From Balanoglossus misakiensis (taxonomy: Eukaryota > Animalia > Hemichordata), in the NCBI GenBank assembly GCA_040954595.2, contig CM082583.2, forward strand, positions 11,421,656 through 11,485,655: a stretch of 64,000 nt of DNA. The letters run 5' to 3'. The notes beneath the pieces are model-generated. The model ran no database searches and was not told where the DNA came from. It saw only the letters and a list, made by a program, of their open reading frames with translations. This document shows, one piece after another, positions 25,901-39,625 of the stretch (the first letter of the stretch is position 1; the number at the start of each line of letters is the position of its first letter). The position numbers and the translations under genes are program-made.

Positions 25901-28817
25901 CCAACTCTATCAGCACCGCCTAGTCAGAATCAGAACAGGCTTAAATGTAAATCGGGATTTTCTCCTGTAAATGAAAATATCGAAGTCCCCTCCCCTTTCC
26001 CTGTGTTCTCACCAGTCTTCCCAAATTAAATTGATGATTGTTGCTCCATCTCCTAAATCTACATATTCGATGTGCAACTGAGCGCAATCAACAATGTGCG
26101 GATACCACCCCGCCTCAGGAACTTACTTTTACCAATGAAGTGATGGAAAACCAAACACGACGTTGGTCAAAATGTTTTAAACTCAACAAAACTTCGCACG
26201 CTTTTTTTAGGTTTGCATATTATTGAAGGCCTTTCACAAACGTTGCCATGGTCCTCTGCTGTTGGAATAACGGGTGGACTGAAGTTGTACTTATTATCAT
26301 CGTCGCTATGGTTATCATATTCATTCGTTTGTGTCAGTCTGGTGTGAGCCAGTTCTCTGCCGATTACTTTCCAGCAAGAATACATGTATCTCAATTTTTA
26401 ATTTTTATCTCAACCTACACGCGGACGACATAAACTTTTATCGTGTATATCGATAACACAGAAGGCACGCTTACTCAGGTTTACATCGATTATCTTTTTC
26501 ACATCACGTTCCCTTTCCAACTCGCTCTCTTTGCACCCATCTTGCCAATGCAGACGAATCGTATTACAAAGACGGACCACTAAATCCCACGATTAAACAA
26601 ACAATGGCGCTAATTTATCTCCCGGGGTTAAACTAACGACAGGTGAAGTTGTGAAACACAGTTTTTTTTAACTACTGCGAATAAGCCCGCAACAGCGGGG
26701 CGTTTCCGGCTTCATGTCGTGAAGTCACCAGAATTTTGTCGTGTGAATTCGATAGAACCTGAAACGCGTGCTTCAAAGTAAAGCGAAGTACGCGCTTTTC
26801 GTTTTACATGTATATAACCGACCTTGAATTTAACAAGACGGAACAGTTCGACCAAATTTCAGTGCCCACTCGGATCCGAAGTACTGTAAGAGTAGATGAT
26901 ACAGAACCTCTCTACGAGACGAAACATGAAACAGCCATAAATTATCAATTAGGCCTAATGCAAACTTTCCACGGCCGCCTGACAAGTCTGGTTGAACACT
27001 AACACATAGAGGACCTCACGCAAGATGACGGATAAATTTTCTGTAATATTTCTGGATAGGAGCTTTGACGGAACGCAGGATCATGACGTTTCACTAGTGT
27101 AGTTTCCTCTCGAGGCGTGCGTGTATTTTTTTGCCGGCCGTTATATACGATGTTTACGAGCAGATCTGACCTGAGGTCTATAGCTGGTCGTCAGCACGCT
27201 AAACTCGCGATACAGATACTTTCATGACTCGATCCAAAAACATCTTCGCGTTCCCTGTGACTCTCACGGCCAACACCGCTTTTCACGCCAAGTTTAAACG
27301 CGGTCAAAGACCGACGTTGATGTGGAACATGTGCGTGTTTCATTCAGCAAGTCATTAATCAAAACTGACTTTAATGCCAGTATTTAAATAATGTCTAATA
27401 AATGACAATTATGGCCTCCTTCTCTCCACTCCTTACAGACATAAAATCATAGTTAATCCTACGGTCGCATTTGCATCAATGCATGCCCGAGATAGACAAG
27501 GAGAGACAGGCAATCAGGCAGGCAGACAAATAGAGTGACAGACGGAGAGACATTGATGCAAGTGTCCCGAAATACTTCGTTTTATGGGGTTTGTAACTAG
27601 ATCGATACGCATCGAATGATTTTATGGTCACCGTGTAATTGCCGAATCCTTTCATCTTCACATATTGGTACCAACTTTCAAGGAGCAAGTATAGGTCTTC
27701 TCAACTTTTCCCCCACATCCCGTGGTCAAGGTTAAAAGCGATGTGATTCTATCGCTCGATTCTCTGTCACATTCCTTCGAAGAAAGGAAAGAATTTTGCC
27801 AACTCACAAGTCGTGTCTACAGCACAAGGACTAGGGCATACGCTCTCTATATACACGTCTTCGAAATATGTCCGTGCACAAATAGATACCGCTGTGGCAT
27901 AGTTTCAACGCTTGCTTGGTTATTTTTACATCTAACACAGACGCACTTGCAAGTAATATATTGAACCGAAAGGACCATTTGTCCTTTTAAAGTTCCAAAT
28001 ATCGCCAGCTTTTGACCTTTTAAATCCCCATCAATTGCTTTTGCCGTATTATTTGAACTCGTAAACGCAAGTTATGTTGTCTAGTAAATCAGCACGACTT
28101 CCACACGATCTAGCCCAGTATAGAGTCTGTCTTAACGCAATCAATATGATATAAATCGTTTTATGTGTGTTTGACAGGAATGTTACCACAACCACGAATG
28201 CCACGGCTTTTCAGTAGAATCGATCGTCACGGTTAACGAAACTTTTAGCTAAGCTGAACTAAAACTAAACAAATGTGCACGGTCTGAAAGAATACTGGCC
28301 GTAGTTGGCGATGTTCAGACCCGCATAATTCCCCGGCGCCCCGGCACGATTGTCCCTGATGACTGCTGATTTCCATCCGAACCGATACATGTCATTAGGG
28401 TTCCTGCAAAACGTGACAATCGTGTTTCTTCAGAAATAAATATACTGTATGACGAACTCGATGTCTGTAAACGTCTACAATCTGTAACTTGGGAAAAGTA
28501 CAGTTTGCACAAACTGGCCTTTTCGAGAAATACACACGGTGGTAAATCTATTGAATATGATGAATTACGAGCGACAACAGCGACACTGTTTGGTTTGCGG
28601 ATGAGTCCTAATTGTGGGAAAGTTACCGACACGGTTGTGTTTGGGGAATGAATTATCTTAAAAGGGAGCTCAGTAGTGATTTCCTTTACCCTCGAATTTA
28701 ACAGGGCCGTACACTCAAAATATGAGCCAATTTGACATAAAATAACAACAGTGGAAAACATTATATGTTTTAATAACAGTAACGTTTAATGAAATACAAT
28801 TGAGAAAATGAATAAAA

Positions 28818-31619
28818 TTAAGCTATTCGGAACGGGAAATCCCTGCGGTGAGATCTCTTCTCCGCATCAAACAATTTCTCCAGACGCCGGCTGACCTTGC
28901 GGGCGCTTGGACGAGATGACGGGACCATTGAACAGCAACGCTGACAGAGTTTCTTAAATGGCCCGTCATCCAACACGGCGATACACACAGGAGTAATGTT
29001 CTGGCCTCTGGCCACTTTAGTTGCGAGTTCCTGGACTACGTCTTTGGCACCGCGATTGCCGGCGAATGCTGTTTCCAAGGTGACCATTTTGGCCATGCTG
29101 CACCCCATCGCCCATATGTCCTTGGCCCCTGTGCATGGTGGGGCCTCAGCCCTGTAAGCCTCGGGAGGGGCGTACATCATTGTCCCCGCTCCGTCAAATC
29201 GCGGTGACTCTTCAAAACAACTGAACGAAAAGTCGATGAGTTTGACCGTCATCTCTGGAAGTTTCAGCTGAAAAGAAACAAGATAATTCAAATTATCATA
29301 TCCAGCGCAATTGTTCATCACTTAGTTTGTCAGTCAGTCAGTCAGTCATGTTTGTCTCCGTCACTACCGGAGTTTTTCTAATATACTAATACTCACATGA
29401 AATCTGCATAATTATATTTGTGCCCACGTGTGTTCACAATTTAATGTAATTGTGAATTATGGAAATGCCTGTCTAAAAACTCCGAAATTGTGATAAACAC
29501 GTCAGAACCCGTATAGCCTTGTGTACTTACCATTACATTGGATAATTTGATGTCGTTATGAATTATGCCAAATCCGTGTAGTGTCGCTAGGGCGTCGGCC
29601 ATTTTCTTCAAGATGTCATACTTGACAACCAGGGGCACCTGCGTTTTAACAAACACAAAATAAGCGCAGTTTTAGAAAAGATTCATTTTCACTGATAACT
29701 CTGAGGCCGTCTTGACTTGTCATCATGATCACCATACTCATCATCATCATCATCATCAGCATAAAGACTTCCATGGATTAAGCGCGTACTTTTCGCCTGT
29801 AATTGGCCGGAAGGACTTACGTCTTTTCCGAATTTATTGGTGAAGGCTTCCAAGTCCAGACCCTGCACATACTCGTATACAAGGACGCTCATATTGTTCT
29901 TCTGGAACATTCCATCCATGCGCACAAACTTCTCACAGTTTAATGCATTTAGAACTCTACAAAAGAGAAAGTTAGGTATTTAGGTGCGTGATTTGTCGGT
30001 TGGTTGACACAAAATGATTTACTGACTATTTGTTGATAGATTGGTCGATGGATCCGTTGAATGATTAAGTAATGAATTTTTGCGATTGACTGACTATGTG
30101 ACTGATTTATTGATATATCAATACCAACAATTTGATCCTACCTCATCATGTTAATTTCGTTCGCGGCGACATTACGGTAATGGTAGGCATTATTCAAATA
30201 CTTCATGGCGTAAAGTTGTTTCTCGTCTCGGAAATATCCGAGTACGACTTGTGAGTAAGTCCCTGATCTAATGCACGCCACAGAAACTATCCCGCGTTTC
30301 TCTGTGCCTGTATATAAATGAAACACTTTGTTACTCAAGGGATGGGCCATGGTGATGAGATCGGGGTGCCAATAGACTTTAATGTTTTAGTATGAAATGC
30401 GCACACAGTTTACAAGATATATATAAGATATGTTTAAGGATGACTTAATTTTTCTGGAATTCCATAGTATAAGTCAAATTAACCGCGATGCAATACTAGT
30501 AGATTGTGATGCTTCTGATACCAACCTTCCGAACTTTTACTAACTTCTTTGCCATTTTCACTTTTCTTCATTGCCTCTGGCTCTTTCCGGGTGGCATCAA
30601 CGCTAACCTGATGAGAGAGTTACATATATCGTCAGAATGATTGCATGACAAGTACTGATTATGGTTGAAATCTTTCTCTCTGTTTTCGACTATTTGCCAC
30701 TATATGTCTGCCTTTCAGAACGAACCATTATCTATATCATCTTGTTTGTTTATCTCTCACACACGAATGCACAGTCATTTTAAATTTAGAAATTCCATTT
30801 CACACCTCGTCAGTTTCCTCGGCACGACGAAACAAACCACTCAATCGCTTTCTCACTCGACGAAAGAACCGACGAACTACATTCCTGCGTTTTTTCTTCT
30901 TTGGCGGTTTTACGCCCTCCTCTTCACTTTCGCTCGATCTGGATGAATACACATTAAAAAAAAGAATTACGACATTTTGGTTTCGCGAATCCAAAACAAA
31001 AACAAAAACGGAGGCACGTAAATTCTCCACAACAAATCTTCATCTTCAGTCACCATCACTTGAGTTTTATGAGTAAAATAATTTTCCAACATTCGCAATA
31101 ATTTAAACTTACTCGCTACTTGCGTTTTCGTTATCATTAACTCCATCACATTTCTCGGAATCCAATGAATCGGTCACACCACTGGCCGAGCCTTCATCAC
31201 TCGCCTCTTCCAGAGAGGGGTCTGAGAATTAAATAAAAATAAACTTTGATAAAACGCATACTGTATATAACGCTCATTTCGTAATATTCCGATATAAAAT
31301 TGACTCTCTGGATAAGAGTTTTCGTAACAATAACCCCGCCTTGTATATGAACAAAGTACCGTCTTGAAGATTGTTCAATAAGACAAAAAAGGTTGTTTCA
31401 TATCGTTAATCTCAATAAGAATATACTTCTCCTGAAAAAAGTATTTAATCGGCTGCCAATAGGGCCTAAGTACATGTTACGTACTGCAGACTGAGGAAAA
31501 AGTAGTGGAAGTTGATGGACGAGAAGACAGAAATACAACTCAGTAAATTTACCACTTCACTTACCCAAACACGCTAAGAATGTCGGTATAAGCAACAGGA
31601 ACACTGAAAAGGTAAACAT
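28818..31619 (-). CDS. Divergent Ser/Thr protein kinase with a predicted N-terminal signal peptide, 8 exons
   Basis: Exons 31619-31565, 31221-31113, 30938-30806, 30607-30526, 30376-30142, 29956-29821, 29638-29531 and 29267-28818 are all phase-consistent. Kinase motifs RSGTYSQV, YAMK, ANEI, LVYEY, IIHNDIKLSNVM, KLIDFS, GTMMYAPPE and DIWAMGC. The kinase exons are solid; the 5' exons are less certain. Confidence 0.8.
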
Positions 31620-32399
31620 TGCGAGTCTTGTTAAGCAATTCGCTGAACTTTGAAAATATCTTGTTACCGCTAGCGGCACACCGTGTTATCGCAGAGACTA
31701 CGAATAACACAGTGATATTCTATTGTGATTGTCACCTGTACAACAGTGACGTCACAGTGGAATAAGTTCCATCTCTCTTCTGATTATGTATTCCATGACG
31801 CAGCCGCACAAACGGATGAATTCTAAATTTTATGAATGCGTGTGTAGTGTCCCTGCATTACCTGTATTATGACGTATTATTTTGCCGAGTTAAATACAAT
31901 TTGCAAATTCATGAACAACACATGTCGAAATCTGTCAAGCGCAGAAAGAATACATGTAGGTTGAAACACGGTTTCAGAGTGGGAGACCGTGGTTGAAAGG
32001 TTTGGAGAAAAGGGGGCGTCCGCACACGACATAATTGGTTACGCATGTACGATACAGGTAGAATTGAATAGTCACTGGACTAGTAGAATTCATTTTTCAA
32101 CAACTTTATTGCAATGGTACATGTGGTACTTGGTCACAGATTTTGACGTGTACATACACTCGGAAATCGATTCTGCTTCTTTACTAAATATCTACCGTTG
32201 GCTGCGCTGTGGAAGTGCTCAACGGAAAGTAACAAAATCAGCCCAAATTGTCTCATAAACACTCTTTTCAGCCAGTTCTCCACAACTATCGAATGGTACA
32301 ACCCTTTATATTATGAAAATCGCTTTGTTCTGTCGCAAATATTTCAAACACACAGTCCACGTCGAATCCGAAACAACTGCTGAATATGAAAATATCCGT

Positions 32400-32670
32400 A
32401 AGTGACCGTTATATTCAATATGGCGGCCTCCTTGACAACAGCAACGCTCCGCTCTGACATGATATAAGGTGCCCAAACCAACAGTAGTTTAACTAGACGG
32501 CATTGGAAGTGTGTCAGTTGCGTTTACGATTATTAGGTCATATCGGTGGGTAAAGTTGCCATTGCTTTCCTGTGTGTAGCTTATTTTCGGAGATTTAGCC
32601 ACAGATTGAAAACTACAGCTCGGGGTGGTTTCCATGGGGTCAAACTGGTGTCGTTGCCGTGCCAACACAG
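32400..32670 (+). promoter_or_regulatory. FAM227B 5' region with a YY1 motif and RFX X-box-like sites
   Basis: CAATATGGCGGC (32416-32427). X-box-like GCCTCCTTGACAAC (32426-32439), GTTTCCATGGGGTC (32628-32641) and GTTGCCGTGCCAAC (32653-32666). Confidence 0.5.
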
Positions 32671-32720
32671 AACTACCCAAGTCTCAATACCTATCCTAGA
32701 TAAGAGAAACTGTCAAGAAA

Positions 32721-35700
32721 ATGAATGTTGGGACAGAAACACTAATTGACCCAAAACTCCTGGCCTTAATGGCCAAAGTAGAAGGTCACACACCAGACCC
32801 AAATAAGGAAGAGGAGGAGAGGAAAAAGAAAGAGAAGAAGGCACCTCCTCCACCAAATTCCGTCCCAGAATGGATGAAGGCTGAAGGTTTCGTGAGTAAT
32901 GTTTTATTCTGATACTTTGCTTTTTTCTTCCTTTATGATTCCTTCCTTCTGGATTCATCTACAGGTTCAAACTAGAGTGTCTAATCATAATTTTTGTTGT
33001 TGTGTAACTGACAGGATGAATGGCCGGTCAGAGTGACCTCTGAAGGACAGATGGATCTAGAGGATGAAAGACAACTACTTGGAAGTAAAGATGATATAGT
33101 TGAAGAACTTAGGAAGCATGCACGTATCCTTGTAAACTGATTTCAGTGTCAGATTACCGTAATGTTGTTTGTCTTATTCTCCTTCCTGATAAGTTATTTT
33201 TGTCAATGGTTTGAAAACTCTATTCTTTCATTAGTCATTGTACTTGTATGTTGTAACAATGTATTGTGCATTTATAAAAGCTGTGAGGTTCATTGTTACA
33301 CGAGAGAGTCATTCATAAAGTCAGAAATATTCCTTGACCAGTTTCATCAGCACTTCCTGTATTCATGCTGGATAACTTGGAAGATAAAATAGACAGATTG
33401 GAATCAAAGTTGAATGTGTATGCAGCTGAGATTTTGACGAATGAGCCCAGGACTTCTCGAATTGATCAGAATCTGTTCCATTCTCCGCAGTATGGTAAGT
33501 TTGCAAACAAAATTTCTAAAAAGAAAATTGAGTAATTTCCTGTATTTGACATATTTTGTACATCAGTGAATTTTAGAAAGAAAATTGAATACAAAACAAA
33601 CAGGATTTTCCTATCCTATATGTTTTCAGTTAGAAGGTCTAAAATATGGGTAAAGCGCTGAGTCAGCACTTTTCTTGCAAACCCACCAACAGACAATGTT
33701 CGCTGTATAAGGGTATGGAATGTGATAATTGTTTCAAAAACACATCCTATTACATGACTCACCCCTTTTTGTTTGGTTTGACAACTTTATTTTTTCTGCA
33801 GGTAATAAATATCAACAAGGTGGGTGATCAATGACATTGAAAAAATAGATGTAAATGCACCCTGCTGCATAGCCAATATTGCTAATTGTACACCCCTCTG
33901 ATTATCAATGGTACAGGCCAGTTTTACTGTTTAGAAAAGTATGTTTAGAAAAGTATGGATTTCGCATTTTGCTAGGATACGTAGGGGTGAAAAGGGTTGC
34001 TGTACAGCACTGGAGGTTTACACTTTGCACTGTGTGTTGGATTATTTTTTCAAGTATGCCAATGTCACTCATCACAGTGTCGCTTTTAATCACCCGTACA
34101 CAGAGTGTGTTTACAGCTGTTCAGAAATAGTATCAGGTTCACCTGCGAAAAACCAGTCTCTGTCAAGGACATTTTGAAATTTGTGAAGATAAATTTGTGC
34201 AGTTTCAAGACGTTGCTAATCATCTTTGTGTACCATTAGTGCCTGTAGATATCCCTAAATTCCATTATTGTCTGCAAGAAGAAAGATTCAGTGAAAGACA
34301 TTGCTCTGTCCAACAAGTCTTTTGTTTCATGAAGGAAATGTTTTAATAAATATATCTGCATGTTCCGTATGTAGATTATTAAAATTATAAATGCAAAATG
34401 AGTAAAACCATTTAGACTAACACATAGTTTCTACTTGAATGGTATAGCAAATCTTTCTTCACTTAAACCCTGTCTAGTATCGGCCTGTACTTCAAACTTT
34501 CTATTATTGACCTGTATGGTAATTCAAACTTGGTGCTAAAATTAACCAGAAAATATTGGGAACCTGCATAATAGAGACTCTTCTCTCAAATAAGACCCCG
34601 TGGTGTCTGTAGTAGACAGGTTTGATTCTACATTCAGCATTTTGCATGTCACCTACTACAAGAGCATGATACAGGCTGGTGTTTTCACAAATGTTTTGAT
34701 GTATTTTTGCATGCACTTCCACACATAGTTGTATTCAGCTCTGTGCTATCATTGTTCAGTCGTGGAGAGAAACGTTTCTCATTTGAGAAATGGTGTACAG
34801 TGACCCCTGGATGTACGGTTGTAGAATACCGTCTGTCTGATTTTGTTTTACAACGTGATCCAATATGGTTGCTGTCTGCATACGTATAAACAATGCTTTT
34901 GAACAGATACACCACTGCCTCCTACCAGTATTGTCCCATATACAATAAATACAAGATAATACAGCAGTATGATGGAATAATACTGGCTGTACATCTACAT
35001 GTGAGACATGTGTATTAAAAAGAAATGAGCTGCATGTTTCTCTAACCTCTGTATAAAGTGGAACTGCATGAATTTCACACACCAGCGCATCTGTGGTTCT
35101 TACTCGTGATGTCTTGGGGATATTGCATGTAGACACGGTGAATTGCATGTTTTGGTGTCTTCTCTCTGGTGTAAACAGTTAGAGGTGTTGGTGCCGGGGG
35201 AAGCTCGTACCAGTTGCGACAGTTTGTAAACAATTCTCTGATCTGACTCTCTCTCTGCAGTAATGGACAAGGCAGTGGAGTCGAACGCGGTGCAAATTCA
35301 GAAAGGTCGGAAGAAGAGACAGACGAAAGACTTAAAAGATCAGATACTTGGCACCAAGACAAAGAGTATAGAGGTATGAGGATGTAGCATAGTAGGGTTA
35401 TTTTCTTCAAAGGAAATCCTTTCATCCACGAGCATTGGTCAAGTGGAACAATGCAGAATTTTACTCTTTACTTTTGCTTTTTTTTTTTGGTAATCCTATT
35501 GAAATCCCCTTCCTGATGTTCTATTCCAGAACTGCTCTTTTCCCGGATTCAACCGAAAAGAGTTAACGGAGTTGCCCCATCAGTTGGAAGCTCCACAGAT
35601 TCTGGATAGAGTCACGCAGGCCCAGGACTATAATGTGAGTCATGGCAGATGTGGTGTCAATGTTATTAAGATTTGTCCATTGTTTAGCTGTATCATTGGT

Positions 35701-38700
35701 CAACTCACCCCTGCTTTGCTAATATATAGTGTAAATTCTAATAATTAATTCTCACATTATTGTATGTGTTCATGTTAATCTGTAGCCTGGTTTCAAGAAA
35801 TTCTGGAAGAAGCTTTTCCTGTCTGAGGCTTCTGTAGCAGTGATGCAGGACACATTTTGGTGGTTCTTCCTTGAAAATTATGAGGTATGATATTCGCACA
35901 AAATGAAATTTCAACAGTTCAGTTTGTTTTGTAAAATATGAGACATCGCTGGTTTCAGTATTGTAGAGCTATCATAAAATTGCTAGGCAGCAATACAAGC
36001 ATATACAGACAAATAGATGTAAGTGTGGTATTCACACTCTCCTGATTCATGCTTTGTAAAAGATACATCACATCATGTCATTGCAGACTGACCGCAAAGA
36101 GGAACAAGATAAACTATTCAACAGAATCTCCGACAGTTTCGTGGCGCTTTTCATGAGCGTCAATCCTGACATCAAAGATAAATTCTTTGCAGTAAGTCAT
36201 AACGCTGTGTACTTCTGATTATGATTCAAACTATGCTAAGACTGTGTATGAATTTTCCCTTGCTTTTGTTGATACAATGTAATCTTGTTCCGAACTTGAT
36301 TCATGTCATTGACAGGTGTATGCAGACTGTCTAGCCCAATCTATTTATGCAGCATACTTTGAAGCATTTCCTGACTCCCACGACCAGATTGATGACATCT
36401 TTAAACTTGAACTCTGCGACCTTTCCCATGAATGGGTCACAGGTAAGGAATGTAATAATTATGATTTTTTTTAGAAAGTACCAATGTTGGACACTTACAT
36501 GTACATTTTAAAGGCACAGGTTCTTCAGAAAATCATGTAGGTCATTATAATATGAAACAATGCAGATATATACAATGTAAGTGACTCCTCTCTCATGTGA
36601 TATCTTTGTCTTCAGGTGTCAAGCCTCAACCATTGTCATGGAAACGGTGGGATGTTGACAGGTTGCAGCCCAAACACATGACCAAGGAGAAGGAAGATGA
36701 CAAGAGAAAAGTTGTCCTCCTTAAAGATGGACAAGTCAATAAAGACGGTAAGGGAAAACAAATATATACAGACAGATCCAGAGATGAAGGATTTCTCACC
36801 TATGACAACATTTGACCACTACATGTATTTCTCTATTATGACTCTTACAAGTAGTCTATCATGCCCCCACAGCTAGCTTTGCCATTGACTTTGACATTCC
36901 GGAAGAGATTGAAAGTCAAGCCGATGGTCAGTTGCACCCGGGATTGTCCAGGGAAGTCACGCAGTTGACAGCAAAGAGCGGGAAAGGACCAGCTAGTGTG
37001 ACACATTCCAGAATAACTACAGTGGCACTTCCAGCACCCAAGATTGAGGTAGTGCTTCCTTCTTTTAATCACATTTTTCAATACAAGAAATGATTGTATA
37101 ACAGTTAAGTACACTGTATCCAGGGTTTATACATGCCTGGAAAACTCTGGCATATCTGGAATTTAAATCTGCTTCTATGAAGTCTTGCAAGTCTGATTGG
37201 ACTCTGAGAAAAACACCCACTTGAACACATCTTTGTTTTAAACCCTAAATGGCAATATACATATTTGAAATTACAGTCACACGAGATTGGTCCAGGCCCT
37301 GATTTTGAGAGAGTCAACTTCAACATCAGTGGCAGGTCACCACTTGTGGCACACTACCTCTATATGAAAGACTTGGCCACCAATGAACACAGGGGAAAGA
37401 ATGTGAGAAGAACAGAAGTGGCAAAGCTACCATATCCTTTTGACAAATGGCAAACAAGATGTCACATTATTAATCCATGTTTAAAAACATGCAGTTTCAG
37501 CAGGTGTCTTTTGATCCAGAGGTAGCCCTACTGAGACCTAAATGATTCGATCCCTTGCTGTTCTATCTTCCTTGACTGTATTCCACTCCCCCTGCACCTA
37601 CATACAGAGAAGTCATTAGAGATACCAAGAGATTGGCTAAGACTCTCCACACAGAGTATCAAAAGTAAGTCGTACCTCAACTCTTAATGCAATTCATACA
37701 CAAGTACTGCCATTGCAGCCTTGCAGCCAGTATAATCAGAATAGAACTTCAATACATGTATGTGTATTTGATAACAATGAAACATTGTTCCAAAATAGAG
37801 TTTTATAATTTTGAAATGTGTCGATATTTGTAGGATATCAGAGCAGACTGCCAAAGAATTAGCAGCCATAGAGAAACAAAAAGCTGAACAAGTGAGAGAA
37901 ATTGAAAAGATTCGGAAACAGCTGATTGAGCACAGTATTGATATGAAGATATTGAGTGAGAAGATACTGGATAAAAGGGTAAGTGAAGCTATACTTAGGG
38001 TTTGGTGGTGAGTAGTGGGTATAGAGGTGTGAGAGGGGATTGGATAATGGGTTGAGAGATGTTCAAGTTTGGTGGGTTCTTTGAAATTGTTTTTGAAATT
38101 AACAATAATGTTTGTGTAGTGTCTCTTTTATGTTGTGTTGAAAGGAAAATGTTATAGTTGATTTTAGAAGTAGTAATAGATTACCGGTACGTACAAACTT
38201 TATACAAGTCTTAACATGTACAAGGTACATGTACCTGGCAATCCGGACATTAAATAATACAACCACCACACACTGGGGCACCAAATCATGACCTCACAGG
38301 GTGACCCATATCATATGCCATTACATGTATAGTAATCTCAAAGGTATACTTGGCCACAAATTCACAGGGAGATCATACTCATCCTGGAGGATCTAACACC
38401 CGGGTCACTTAATTCACACACAGACAACTTGAAATCAGCTGACAGCTAAATATAATTAACCCAGAAAAAGTGTGGCAGCTGTGTTGAACTAACATCATAC
38501 TTATGTCTGCCGCGTGCAACTAATCAATACAGCCTGGTTGATAACAATGCTTTCTTTCCCCCCTTGAAATGCCGTTCTGAATACAGGGAGTGGATGGACT
38601 GCTGTTATTTTTTAGAGAACTTACAAGCGAGGTATTATTTTTATTTACAAACACTGGCATTGCTACATGTAGTATATATAGGTTTGATATTAACAACCAT

Positions 38701-39625
38701 TATAACAACATTTTGATCGCCTGCTTTGAACACTGTGCTGGATTTATATTCTAACCCTGTCTGGTTTGTGTGATGCACCCTGCATATGACATTCCTCAGT
38801 TGCATCTGTGGTTATTCACTCTGAATGGTGTTCTGATTCTGACCCTAATTGTACCTGCTCTGCATGCACACCCAATCTCATGTACGTAATCTCATGCCCC
38901 ACAAACCACACATTCAGTTACTGTAGCAGTAAACGCACCACACATATACATGTACTTGTCTACTTGATATTTCGCATGCCGATGTGAATTCAGTATGAAG
39001 GCTGGCATGCTGCGACGCGATTATACCGCTTTTGTCCTAAGAGCTACACACAATGGCAAAGTCCCATTGCAAAATAGCACGGCAACGTAGCAATCTGCGA
39101 ATTATGAATGACTGTGCTTGCCTGCTGATTAAGTCGTGTACACCTTTGAATGTATTGAATTCTGGCGTGGAATTAATTTTTTTTGGGGGGGGGGGGAGGG
39201 GGGGGGGACGATGCAACGACAACCTAGCTCAGCATGGTCTGCACTGGTGTATTTATCATCCATACTGTGAATATTCGTCAAGTACAATTCAACCATTGAG
39301 GATGTTGGCCCCATGCACCTTACCTTGTTTACAATGTAGCTATCCAGATACGCATCCACTGAATGGCAACAAGCATTGTCCTGCATTTTTTTTTTTTTAC
39401 AATAATGCATGAAACATGCCAACATTATCTGGATGTTGACACGCGGATGCATGTCATATAAGTTCCCAATGATGCTGTTTCTACTGGGTAACTCTTGTGT
39501 TCATTTCATTTCATGTTCCACAGGACGATCTGCCGATTGCAAAGCAAATCAAACAACCAACGTCACAACCCACTGTGATGTTTGGAGAGGACTGGTCATC
39601 TTCAGATGATGACAGGGATGACTGA
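32721..39625 (+). CDS. FAM227B: Protein FAM227B-like (FWWh domain), multi-exon
   Basis: Exons encode NCSFPGF..LTELPHQLEAPQILDRV, FWKKLFLSEASVAVMQDTFWWFFL, LFNRISDSFVALF, YADCLAQSIYAAYFEAFPDS, FERVNFNISGRSPLVAHYL and PPAPTYREVI. Predicted last exon 39524-39625; the 3' end is less certain. Confidence 0.88.
33124..33350 (+). other. U12-type (minor spliceosome) GT-AG intron
   Basis: Donor GTATCCTT. Branch site TTCCTTGAC at 33330-33338, 12 nt before the end of the intron. Splicing keeps the frame (RKHA-P-LPVFMLDN). Confidence 0.85.
37432..37586 (+). other. U12-type AT-AC intron
   Basis: Donor ATATCCTTT. Branch site TTCCTTGAC at 37568-37576. Acceptor CAC ending at 37586. Splicing gives in-frame AKLP-PPAPTYREVIRD. 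Confidence 0.9.

Noticed and set aside
27476-28761. ORFs 28315..28761 (-) and 27476..27688 (-)
   Set aside because: No recognisable domains or consistent splice structure; likely kinase 3'UTR or intergenic sequence.
31481-31490. Possible microexon in kinase intron 1
   Set aside because: Not needed, since exons 1 and 2 already join in phase. The 10-nt version would frameshift, and a 6-nt version cannot be supported without reads.
33496-35260. Nested FGF gene in a FAM227B intron, as with human FGF7
   Set aside because: The intronic ORFs show no FGF motifs or credible exon structure by eye.
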